Shown piece by piece: positions 17,185-25,844 of a stretch of 40,105 bases of DNA (position 1 is the stretch's first letter; every line of letters starts with the position of its first letter). The notes beneath the pieces were generated by a model. It saw only the letters and a list, made by a program, of their open reading frames with translations, searched no databases and had not been told where the DNA came from. Source of the stretch: a virus (taxonomy: Duplodnaviria > Caudoviricetes); the IMG/VR virus record IMGVR_UViG_3300032216_000836, positions 1-40,105 of that record; one strand, 5' to 3'. A program made the position numbers and the translations under genes.

Positions 17185-18152
17185 AAGTACAACTTTCTGA
17201 AAGCGTCCTCTAGCGAACCCTTCCATTCCCATTGGGACATTTTCAAATAGATATTCCATTGGTCAATACTGCCAAATCCCCGTTCGGCATGGGCAATTGC
17301 ATGACCAGGCACAATGTCAGGATAGCAACTAAACACTAAAGGATTCTTGATCTCAGGCAATATCTTGGAGAAAACAATGTGATCTCCTAAACCGCAGTTT
17401 AATACCACAATGGTATGGTCACGGTATTGCATGAAATTTGCAAAGATTTGCTCATCGTGTAAATAGAGGGATTCATCAGTTTCAGATCGAATACCGCCTT
17501 CAGGGTTTTTCAAATGCCAAGTGATCGCATCAGGAATCACATAAAGCTTGTAACCCTTTTGATGTAAACCATAGCTGAACAAGGTTTCCTCTCGGTGGGC
17601 TACCCTTGATAAACCTATGTTGTAATCGTAAATCCCAGCACGATAAACAAAAGAACAATGAAGATGCTCGACCTCTTGTTCTTTTTGGATGACTTTCCAT
17701 TGGGCATTGGGTTCGTTGTTAATGTCCTCTATACGCCCTGTAGACCGAGTATTTTCAAATGTGAGGGGTGGAGTAAGGATAGAACCTCCAACGGCTCCTG
17801 CGTCCTTGCGTATAGCATAGCTTAACAAGGTTCTGAGGACATTGGGTTCTGGGATGCAATCATCATCCATTCTCCAAACCCATTTGTAGCCCATGATATT
17901 GGCAGCTTGGTGATTCCAATGTGTTCCGTGTCTTTGAGCAAAAACCCATTCCCATTCGATGTTCTTTAAGTCCATCATTTGGAATAGATTTTTATAGATC
18001 AGTTCCTCACGGACATCCCTTGGATTGTCATTGTCATCAAAGATAACGACTTTATCGGGGATACGGGTTTGATTGATGATGGCAGCCAATGCCAGAGGAA
18101 GGGTGGTGTCGTATCGGCCTCTAGTTCCGATGGAGCAAAGAATACTATCCAT
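17181..18152 (-). CDS. GT2-like glycosyltransferase fused to a GT9-like N-terminal domain
   Basis: AIINQT..PDKVVIFDD, RMDDD (DxD) and HREET; C-terminal VLNCGLGDHIVF. Confidence 0.8.
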   Translation of the reverse strand: MDSILCSIGTRGRYDTTLPLALAAIINQTRIPDKVVIFDDNDNPRDVREELIYKNLFQMMDLKNIEWEWVFAQRHGTHWNHQAANIMGYKWVWRMDDDCIPEPNVLRTLLSYAIRKDAGAVGGSILTPPLTFENTRSTGRIEDINNEPNAQWKVIQKEQEVEHLHCSFVYRAGIYDYNIGLSRVAHREETLFSYGLHQKGYKLYVIPDAITWHLKNPEGGIRSETDESLYLHDEQIFANFMQYRDHTIVVLNCGLGDHIVFSKILPEIKNPLVFSCYPDIVPGHAIAHAERGFGSIDQWNIYLKMSQWEWKGSLEDAFRKLYL

Positions 18153-18831
18153 GTCTCACCCATATTTCTTCTGAAACAGGAAGGTTCTTGATGTCAAATG
18201 GTTGACCAAAGGCATCATACCGCCATGACTTCATCTGATTTTGAACAATAGGCTTGAACCCAAACTTGGTCAAAGCCTCATGGATATGCCAAGCTCCGTG
18301 GAAGTTGGGATGGAGATCAGCGTGGATTTCGATAGCCACCGTGGTGACTCTGTCTAGATTATCGGGATTAAGTAGGATGTCGTATTCCCCACCCTCGCAA
18401 TCGATCTTTAAAAAGACATTGTCGCTAGTGGTCATGTCTAGCAAGTCTTTGAGAGTAATTGTCTTGACTTCCTCAAAACTGTCGCTTGGACTGTAAACGC
18501 TATTGTGGCCAGACTTCTTTTGTAAGCCAATCTTGACCATTTCATCGCCAACATCAGAAACAATGTTCTGTAAGACAGTAATGTCTAATTTTGATTGCTC
18601 AATATTGTCTTTGAGCATTTCAACCGTAGAAGATACGGGTTCTACTGCTATGACTTTGCTTGCTCCTAGACTAGATGCAAATATAGAAAACATCCCCATA
18701 TTTGCGCCTATATCTATAAACTCACGATCTTTGCAGATTTCTTCTGTTAACCCGTAACAGTTGGTGACAATGACTTCGTTATACAGTTCTTGTGCTTCTG
18801 CACTTCTTTCACTTAACCAATGCAATTCCAT
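18145..18831 (-). CDS. FkbM-family methyltransferase
   Basis: FIDIGANMGMFS, VIAVEP, LKIDCEGGEYDIL and IEIH. Confidence 0.92.
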   Translation of the reverse strand: MELHWLSERSAEAQELYNEVIVTNCYGLTEEICKDREFIDIGANMGMFSIFASSLGASKVIAVEPVSSTVEMLKDNIEQSKLDITVLQNIVSDVGDEMVKIGLQKKSGHNSVYSPSDSFEEVKTITLKDLLDMTTSDNVFLKIDCEGGEYDILLNPDNLDRVTTVAIEIHADLHPNFHGAWHIHEALTKFGFKPIVQNQMKSWRYDAFGQPFDIKNLPVSEEIWVRHG

Positions 18832-18842
18832 GTTAGTCCTAT

Positions 18843-18986
18843 TTAAATGTCTTTGGGGGCTTCCTGTTGTGCTTGAGCTGCTTTTTCAATTGCGTTTATC
18901 AATCCTGCAACTTCTTGGTAAGGTCTAGTTGCCAAGTATTGCAATATTCCGTTAATTAATTGTGTTGTCAAAGTGATGTTCTCCAT
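18843..18986 (-). CDS. Small tail-associated protein (47 aa, not in ORF track)
   Basis: MENITLTTQLINGILQYLATRPYQEVAGLINAIEKAAQAQQEAPKDI; SD AAGGA. Confidence 0.7.
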   Translation of the reverse strand: MENITLTTQLINGILQYLATRPYQEVAGLINAIEKAAQAQQEAPKDI

Positions 18987-18997
18987 TAAAGTTCCTT

Positions 18998-19324
18998 TTA
19001 GTTAGTTGCCCAGGGTAATGCTTGTGCTGAAGGTGAAACAGGTGGATTCACCATCGATGCAATTTGTCCGTCAATATTAGCATGATAATTTGCTTGATTA
19101 TCAGTAGAAGAATTGATCCATCCTAAAACTATTTCTTGCGTCAAATTTGCGTAAGGAATAAAGTCGTTTTCTGTTTGTTCTGGCTTGAATTGGATATTGC
19201 CATCTATTGAAGCAGTATGTGTTCCATCTGTACCTGATACTGTAAACAGTACATTGACTACATATCCCGTTGGGTTAGGGACTGTGTACATCGAATTGAT
19301 GGTTGTGGTGTAAGTTGTTGACAT
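18998..19324 (-). CDS. Tail-fibre-associated protein
   Basis: FIPYANLTQEIVLGWI...ALPW pattern commonly seen after fibre genes. Confidence 0.7.
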   Translation of the reverse strand: MSTTYTTTINSMYTVPNPTGYVVNVLFTVSGTDGTHTASIDGNIQFKPEQTENDFIPYANLTQEIVLGWINSSTDNQANYHANIDGQIASMVNPPVSPSAQALPWATN

Positions 19325-19325
19325 A

Positions 19326-22300
19326 TTATGCTCCTACTTTAGATTTGAGGGTTTGAACTTCAGCATTTAGTTCTTTGATTGCGTTAACCAAATGCCAAAT
19401 GAGATTAGATGAATCCACAGACATTACGCCAGTAGATTCTGTTTTCACGCAATCAGGTAAGACTTCTGCCAATTCTTGTGCTATTGGGCCAATCTGTACG
19501 CCTTTGATATTGATAGCATTTGACTTGTCTAATTCTGTAATTTCTTCTGGAAGTCTATATTCAAAATTACGCACTTTAATTTGTGTAACAGCAGATAGTC
19601 CTAAATTGTTGTCTACAATGTTTTTCTTCAATCGCTGGTCAGAAGTAACAGACCAAAGCGTAGAGTTGTTTCCTTGATATACGCCTCCACCATTAGGATT
19701 GATAAAGCCCGTTGAATTGCCTTTTCCTGTTGTTGATGTTGCATTTGGCGCACTAACAACAATTTGATAATTTCCACCAGAAGAAGATGGAATAGCACCA
19801 TATCCAATTAAAGTGTTATATGTTCCAGTAGTTAATGCACTACCACCAAATTGCCCAGCCGCCCTTCCAATGCAAGTGTTTCCTGAGCCTGTACTAATAT
19901 CAGAACCCGCAAGGTGACCAAAACAAGAGTTATGGTCGCCAGTAGTACTACTATTGAGTGCAAAATAACCAAATGCTGTTGTACCACTACCAGTCGTATT
20001 GTTATACCCCGCTTGATAACCGACTGCCGTTATTTGTGAGCCTGTAGTATTTGAATACCCCGCTTGATAACCTACTGCTGTGTTATTAGATGCTGTAGTA
20101 TTGTTTCCTAATGAACCATGCCCTAATGCAGTATTTTGAGAGCCAGTTGTGTTGTAACGTAAAACGCCAACACCACCACTTTCTTGACCACCAACTGCCG
20201 TGTTATTTGTTCCAGTAGTGTTTGCATAAAGAGCTGCTTGACCAATAGCCAAAACATTTCCGCCATTTGTGTTATAGGCAGCAATAGCACCTATTGCAAT
20301 TAAAGTTCCAGTAGTATTGCTATAAGCAGCTTGATAGCCTATTGCGGTGTTGTAAGATGCGGTGGTGTTAAATCTTAATGCTTGTTTACCTAACGCAACA
20401 TTATAAGAACCAGTGGTGGTTGCATAACCAGCATCAGAACCAACAATGGTGTTCTCTGTGCCTGTTGAAACTGATAAACCAGCCCTTAAACCAATAAATG
20501 TTTGCTCTGAACCAGTAGTGTTATTGTAACCAGCCTGATAACCTACTGCGGTGTTGTTAGATGCTGTAGTATTTGCCGATAATGCACCTTGACCCATTGC
20601 GGTATTATTACTTCCGCTAGTGTTGGCTTTCATTGCCGATTCGCCAAAAGCATTATTAGCAGAACCTGTTGTGTTATATAAAGTCTGATAGCCAAAACCA
20701 TTATTGCTTGTTCCAGCCGTGCTGTTATATCCTGATTGATAGCCAAACCAAGCATTAAATGCACAAGTTGAACCATTGCCATAACCAGCTTGATAACCAA
20801 CTGCCGTTAAAGGACTTCCTGTTGCGGTGCTATATAGAGCCTGATACCCTACTGCTGTGTTGTTAGATGCTGTGGTGTTGGAGTAAAGGGCTTGTCTTCC
20901 TAATGCTACATTTGAAGAACCAGTAGTATTGTTATATAAAGTTTGGAAACTACCAACACCTGTATTATCTGTTCCAGTTGTGTTTTGTCTTAATGCGCTA
21001 TCGCCTACGCCAAGAATTGACCCTGTAGTATTAGAATACCCAGCTTGGTATCCAATAGCATTAAAGTTTCCTGTATTAGATGTATAGCCAGCTTGATAAC
21101 CAATAAAAACTCCACCGCCACCAGTAGTATTACTATATCCAGCTTGGTATCCTACTGCTGTGTTGTAAGATGCTGTAGTGTTTTGTAAAAGTGCGTTAGT
21201 TCCAACTGCTGTATTAGTAGAACCACTTGTGTTGTCTCTTAAAGCCGTATCACCAACAGCAGTATTGTTGTTACCTGATGTTAACTTTTGTAACGCACCT
21301 GTACCAAAAGCATCATTGTTTGAACCAGTAACTGTATTTGTGTACATGGACAAACGTCCAATTGCTACGTTTACTTGACCTGTTGTAATTCCAAGACCAG
21401 CACCATAACCAAAAGCCGTGTTGTAATCTCCTGCACCAGTTTGATTCAGTAATGCCTGATAACCAACAGCACTTGATTGAGTTGAAGAACCACCACCCTT
21501 ACCAACAGTCAATCCGTTAATAGTTGCATCATTGGTAATTGTGTGACCCAAAGTAGTCAACACAGTACCATTAAAAGTCATGTTGGCAGAACCAGCAAAT
21601 GCTCCACCATTGTTGTATTGGACTTGTGTGTTTGAGCCAGCCGCTACACCAGCACCAGAATATCCACTGTATCCTGAATATCCAGATATACCTGACCCAG
21701 AAAAACCAGAATATCCTGATGTTCCTGATGCTCCATTAGTTCCAGAATATCCACTGTAACCCGAAATTCCACTGTACCCAGAATAACCAGAATAACCAGA
21801 TGTTCCTGTTGGGAATGCAGTGTAAACAAGCGCAGAACCATTAGATACTAAAGCATATCCCGATGTGCCAACCGCAGATAATCCTGTACCGCCACGATTA
21901 ATTGCAATAGTGCTTCCATTCCATGTGGAAGATGTAATTGATCCAGGGTAATCTAATGTATTTGTTGACCAAGATACATTGGAAGGTGTCGAATCGTGTC
22001 TATCCCAAGAACCAGCAGCAGTTGAATTACTTAATAAAACAATTGTGACATAACCACCTGATTGAATGGTAGCAACAGTTGTTGATGAATTATTTTGTAC
22101 AGTAATTGCACCAGATGTTTGATTATTATTAAATGTAAATGTTGCACCATTTGGCAATGTTGTAGCATCGGGCAATCTGATAATTTGACCACCAGAACCA
22201 GTAATTTGATAATTTTGGGCAGATGAAGCTAATAAAACAATAGTTGTGCCACTAGCAGCTTGAGTAACATAACCCTCAAACACACAATTAACTGTAATAT

Positions 22301-23102
22301 TAGAATTAGCATCACGCAAGACAATAGAATTTGCGCCTGATGTTGTTGCAGATAAAGCTAAAGTTCCACTAGTGGTAATAGGAGAACCTGTTACAGACAT
22401 AAATGTCGGTACAGTCATTGCAACAGAAGTTACCGTACCTGCTCCTGATCCAGAGTAACCACTATAACCTGAGATACCTGACGCACCAGAATAACCCGAT
22501 ATACCTGATCCAGAATAACCAGATGTTCCACTAAATCCAGATATACCAGAAAAACCACTTATTCCTGATGCACCACTAAAGCCACTGTATCCAGATATGC
22601 CTGAACCAGAATAACCACTAAAGCCTGATATGCCTGATGCTCCTGAGTATCCCGAATAACCAGAGATACCGCTTCCAGAATAACCACTCTTGCCTGAATA
22701 ACCACTTGCGCCTGAAAAGCCAGATATACCACTATAGCCTGAATAGCCAGATATACCTGAATAACCTGAAATACCTTGTTGAACCCATGTTGCAGGAGTC
22801 GACCAAGTAAATGTTGAGCCAATCTTGCTGTTAACAAACGCAATTGATGCCCATACAGTATTGCTGGGCGTTGCTGGAGGCGTTGTTGACCATCCTGTAG
22901 GAGGCACGCCTACATTTGTAGTAAAGTTCCATGAGCCACCCGTGGGCGTGGCAGGAGCAGTTGCACTTTCCTTGAAAATAAACCATTCAAAGTAAGTGCC
23001 ACCATAAGGCACAGAATTACCATAAAGTCCAACAGACTCCGTGCCTGGTTGAGCAATAAGATTACCGCTAAGACTTGAGCCGTATAACCCACCTGTTGCC
23101 AT
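19326..23102 (-). CDS. Long tail fibre with SGx repeats, NTAVG beta-helix repeats and C-terminal S74 auto-cleaving chaperone
   Basis: 1258 aa; SDQRLKKNI...GPIAQELAEVLP...LVNAIKEL chaperone motifs. Confidence 0.9.
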   Translation of the reverse strand: MATGGLYGSSLSGNLIAQPGTESVGLYGNSVPYGGTYFEWFIFKESATAPATPTGGSWNFTTNVGVPPTGWSTTPPATPSNTVWASIAFVNSKIGSTFTWSTPATWVQQGISGYSGISGYSGYSGISGFSGASGYSGKSGYSGSGISGYSGYSGASGISGFSGYSGSGISGYSGFSGASGISGFSGISGFSGTSGYSGSGISGYSGASGISGYSGYSGSGAGTVTSVAMTVPTFMSVTGSPITTSGTLALSATTSGANSIVLRDANSNITVNCVFEGYVTQAASGTTIVLLASSAQNYQITGSGGQIIRLPDATTLPNGATFTFNNNQTSGAITVQNNSSTTVATIQSGGYVTIVLLSNSTAAGSWDRHDSTPSNVSWSTNTLDYPGSITSSTWNGSTIAINRGGTGLSAVGTSGYALVSNGSALVYTAFPTGTSGYSGYSGYSGISGYSGYSGTNGASGTSGYSGFSGSGISGYSGYSGYSGAGVAAGSNTQVQYNNGGAFAGSANMTFNGTVLTTLGHTITNDATINGLTVGKGGGSSTQSSAVGYQALLNQTGAGDYNTAFGYGAGLGITTGQVNVAIGRLSMYTNTVTGSNNDAFGTGALQKLTSGNNNTAVGDTALRDNTSGSTNTAVGTNALLQNTTASYNTAVGYQAGYSNTTGGGGVFIGYQAGYTSNTGNFNAIGYQAGYSNTTGSILGVGDSALRQNTTGTDNTGVGSFQTLYNNTTGSSNVALGRQALYSNTTASNNTAVGYQALYSTATGSPLTAVGYQAGYGNGSTCAFNAWFGYQSGYNSTAGTSNNGFGYQTLYNTTGSANNAFGESAMKANTSGSNNTAMGQGALSANTTASNNTAVGYQAGYNNTTGSEQTFIGLRAGLSVSTGTENTIVGSDAGYATTTGSYNVALGKQALRFNTTASYNTAIGYQAAYSNTTGTLIAIGAIAAYNTNGGNVLAIGQAALYANTTGTNNTAVGGQESGGVGVLRYNTTGSQNTALGHGSLGNNTTASNNTAVGYQAGYSNTTGSQITAVGYQAGYNNTTGSGTTAFGYFALNSSTTGDHNSCFGHLAGSDISTGSGNTCIGRAAGQFGGSALTTGTYNTLIGYGAIPSSSGGNYQIVVSAPNATSTTGKGNSTGFINPNGGGVYQGNNSTLWSVTSDQRLKKNIVDNNLGLSAVTQIKVRNFEYRLPEEITELDKSNAINIKGVQIGPIAQELAEVLPDCVKTESTGVMSVDSSNLIWHLVNAIKELNAEVQTLKSKVGA
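19800..21480 (-). repeat. ~14-aa NTTGxxNTAVGYQA coding repeats
   Basis: Many degenerate copies; five near-identical ~42-nt copies near 20063, 20328, 20531, 20839 and 21141. Confidence 0.85.
21650..21807 (-). repeat. Ser-Gly-X triplet repeat, block 2
   Basis: SGYSGYSGYSGISGYSGYSG... (boundaries approximate). Confidence 0.9.
22445..22776 (-). repeat. Ser-Gly-X triplet repeat, block 1
   Basis: About 110 aa of SG[Y/F/I/A/T/K] with periodic SGSG breaks (boundaries approximate). Confidence 0.9.
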
Positions 23103-23111
23103 TTATATCTC

Positions 23112-24101
23112 CTAGCGAAAGCTATATCTGTAATCTCTTGGTTGGAATTCTGATGTGAGATGTTGGTCTCCACCTCTCCATTTGTCCTTGAAGTTCTGGT
23201 CTTCTATCAAGCCATAAGCCTCTTCAAATCTTGCTCTCCACTTTTCAGCTTCAGATATATTCTTATTCTTATCGTAATAAGCCTCCAAAGTACCATAAAG
23301 GTAACCTTCAGGGAAGGTAGCCAACACCGCATTGTTCTGCACAATAGGATTCAATGAATCTGATGTAGGGCTAAACAAGAATGGAAAGGTCTTTTGATAG
23401 TAAGCAAGAATCTGTACGCTTGCACCAGGATTAGGTGTAAAAACGTAGTTAGGACCCACTTCAGAGAATGATGCACGGATCACCCGTGGCACACCAAAAG
23501 GTTTGACATACAGTTGGTCAATCATGCGTCTACGAATGATCTCACGGTCTCCAACACGGTCGTAAATGATCCAAGGACCCATTGCGGCAGCAGCAGAGCC
23601 TGGAGGCGTGTCAGAATTAGGAGTTTGTTGGAAAAACAATATTGGCCAATTCATGTCGGCAGGAATGGGGGCCAATCCTTGTGCATTTGTGGTCACATAA
23701 TCAGGATTAGATGGGTCATAAGGATTTGACCGCAAAGCAGGTAACTCTACAGTTCTCATTTTGAGTTCTGCCAACTGAATAGAGTTCTGAATTTCTAAAA
23801 CAGATTGTGTGGGCAGTTTAAGGATTGCCACTGGGTATGTAGCACCACTCCAAATCAAGTCTGGGTCGTTGACAGTAATTGTCGATGAAGTAATTGCCGT
23901 GACTACCGTAAAAGGGTAGGTAGGGTTATAACCAATGAAGTCACCAACATTAATTACGCCCACCAAAGACGATGCGGTAGCTATTACGCCAGTAGAAGAT
24001 GTGTAGGAAGTAGCGTTAACGCCTGTAGAGTTGGCAATGGCTCCGACCCAAGATGCAACACGGCTAACTAAAGTATTGGCAGATTGGATGAATTGAGCCA
24101 T
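23112..24101 (-). CDS. Head-tail adaptor (tail tubular protein A-like)
   Basis: IQLAELKM...R and N.VL..FPEGYLYGTL motifs; located after the capsid genes. Confidence 0.7.
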   Translation of the reverse strand: MAQFIQSANTLVSRVASWVGAIANSTGVNATSYTSSTGVIATASSLVGVINVGDFIGYNPTYPFTVVTAITSSTITVNDPDLIWSGATYPVAILKLPTQSVLEIQNSIQLAELKMRTVELPALRSNPYDPSNPDYVTTNAQGLAPIPADMNWPILFFQQTPNSDTPPGSAAAAMGPWIIYDRVGDREIIRRRMIDQLYVKPFGVPRVIRASFSEVGPNYVFTPNPGASVQILAYYQKTFPFLFSPTSDSLNPIVQNNAVLATFPEGYLYGTLEAYYDKNKNISEAEKWRARFEEAYGLIEDQNFKDKWRGGDQHLTSEFQPRDYRYSFR

Positions 24102-24109
24102 AGAAGTCC

Positions 24110-24607
24110 TTATCGTGTCGGTATAGCAGGATTATACGGTAATGGTATCTTTCCGCTAGGGTGACAAACAAAATCTGAGTAATATTCGTTCACAATAGCG
24201 TAGAAAAGTATCTTGTCTTTTTTCTCTTTTTTGATCAATTCCCAAGGACGGTTATTGAACCATTTTGAGCTGATTTCGTGGGCAAAACATTTGGGCAATT
24301 CCATCGCATGGAAAGTTCCAGCAAAGAATGGATTGTCTGTTCCGTGGATAGCATAAAACTCACGCTTTTGCTTGCAGTCTGCCTTGATTGCTTCCACATT
24401 ATGTTGCGTGTATTGCACATAACGCTCGCCATCAACCGCACCGACTTTGTAATCTAAATTGGGAGTTTTGAATGTCTGAGACCAAGTCCCAGATTTAACT
24501 TCATTAAAAAGCTTGTCGTTTTGACGGAAAACCCCGTCAACCCCAGCTTCAAGATTACCTTTTAAATAGTAATCTTCATTTACTTGATCTGATTCATACT
24601 TTTCCAT
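24110..24607 (-). CDS. Hypothetical protein (head module)
   Basis: 165 aa, SD AAGGAG. Confidence 0.7.
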   Translation of the reverse strand: MEKYESDQVNEDYYLKGNLEAGVDGVFRQNDKLFNEVKSGTWSQTFKTPNLDYKVGAVDGERYVQYTQHNVEAIKADCKQKREFYAIHGTDNPFFAGTFHAMELPKCFAHEISSKWFNNRPWELIKKEKKDKILFYAIVNEYYSDFVCHPSGKIPLPYNPAIPTR

Positions 24608-24617
24608 GCATTAACTC

Positions 24618-24655
24618 CTTTCCAAAGAAGGCCCGTGAGGACCTCCTTCAGAAAA
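24618..24655 (-). promoter_or_regulatory. Long hairpin after the capsid gene
   Basis: UUUUCUGAAGGAGGUCC-ucac-GGGCCUUCUUUGGAAAG; no U tail. Confidence 0.55.
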
Positions 24656-24659
24656 TGGC

Positions 24660-25826
24660 TTATGCCAAATAACGCTGAACTTTTGTAGAAGCACGGGGTG
24701 CAGAAACTGACGCACCTGTTGGGGAGATCGCTGCCAAAACAGCAACACCAGCAGGATTACGAACAATCAATGTACCTTCCATGATGTACTGGTCCAAAGA
24801 AGCGTCAGCGTTTGAGAACACTTCATTATTTGGGCCAAGCTCACGGAGTGAACCCCACTGAACTACATCAGGATTCAAGAACAATACGGATGTATTGTCA
24901 GAACCTGTTTGGTCCATGATCCAATCGTCATCGATTTGGTATGTGTAGTTGAAGTCACCTTCGTATGTACCGATGGTGTCGCCCTTGTCAGCAGGGTTAA
25001 ATCTGTTGATAGAACGGCTTGTGGGCAATGTATCAGAAATATGTGTTCTCATTGAAGTGGGAACAATCATGTTAGTGATTTTTGCGTTGAAGCGTTGTTC
25101 AGCAGTTGTAACCAATTGCTTGTACAAGAAAGGGCTGAACTGTTGAGTTGTTACACCAGAAGAGAAGGTGAAATAACCCAAACCAGCGTTTGCCAATGTA
25201 CCGTTGAAAGGTTGGTTGGTGCTGATACCGCTAGTTACGTCATTGCTGTCAGAAGTAGCGAGGTTCAACACATCAGTACCGCTTGTGGCATTACCAGAAC
25301 GAGTTCCTGCAAATGCAAACAATGAACCGAATCTACGGCCAGAGTTAACACCAGAAGAACCGCTAGGTTGTGTACCAGCTTGACCAGCGTACTTGATAGA
25401 AGCACCGTCTGCACGAACCATTTGGAGTTCCACATCAAACATGATTTCAGTCAATTGCTTGACTTCTTGATATGCTTGGGGATCGCCACCAGCTTGCTCA
25501 ACGGCACGGGCAGTACCTGTAGCACCAATCACAGTTGTGAAAATCTGTGTGTAGTTACCCAAGTTAGAACGTGTGTTGTCAGCGGCTGAGGATGCAGTTA
25601 CTGATGCGCCTTCCAACTTAGCGTTTAAGGCTGGCTGACGGAAATAGTCATTAGGCCAAATGTGCAAAGTTGAATTGACTTTACGCTTTTTAGACATAGC
25701 CATGTTGGTAACAGGGGTTCTGTCTTTAACGTAGTTAGATACTGTTAAGTCTAAGTCCTTAACAACGATATCGGTCGTGTACGAACCGTTACCATTACCA
25801 AGGGATGTTGATGTAATCGTTGCCAT
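24660..25826 (-). CDS. Major capsid protein (SU10/DUF5309-like)
   Basis: NYTQIF, H.W..D and EGTL.VRNP motifs; follows the scaffold gene. Confidence 0.85.
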   Translation of the reverse strand: MATITSTSLGNGNGSYTTDIVVKDLDLTVSNYVKDRTPVTNMAMSKKRKVNSTLHIWPNDYFRQPALNAKLEGASVTASSAADNTRSNLGNYTQIFTTVIGATGTARAVEQAGGDPQAYQEVKQLTEIMFDVELQMVRADGASIKYAGQAGTQPSGSSGVNSGRRFGSLFAFAGTRSGNATSGTDVLNLATSDSNDVTSGISTNQPFNGTLANAGLGYFTFSSGVTTQQFSPFLYKQLVTTAEQRFNAKITNMIVPTSMRTHISDTLPTSRSINRFNPADKGDTIGTYEGDFNYTYQIDDDWIMDQTGSDNTSVLFLNPDVVQWGSLRELGPNNEVFSNADASLDQYIMEGTLIVRNPAGVAVLAAISPTGASVSAPRASTKVQRYLA

Positions 25827-25844
25827 GTTTAAATACTCCTAAAG

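Noticed and set aside
17185-17259. Longer start for the GT9-like C-terminal ORF
   Set aside because: It overlaps the GT2 gene by 79 nt; the ATGA-coupled start at 17184 is more parsimonious.
19800-22776. Fibre repeats as a CRISPR array or DGR template/variable pair
   Set aside because: The repeats are in-frame with synonymous variation; there are no spacers, no reverse transcriptase and no adenine-specific mismatch pattern evident.
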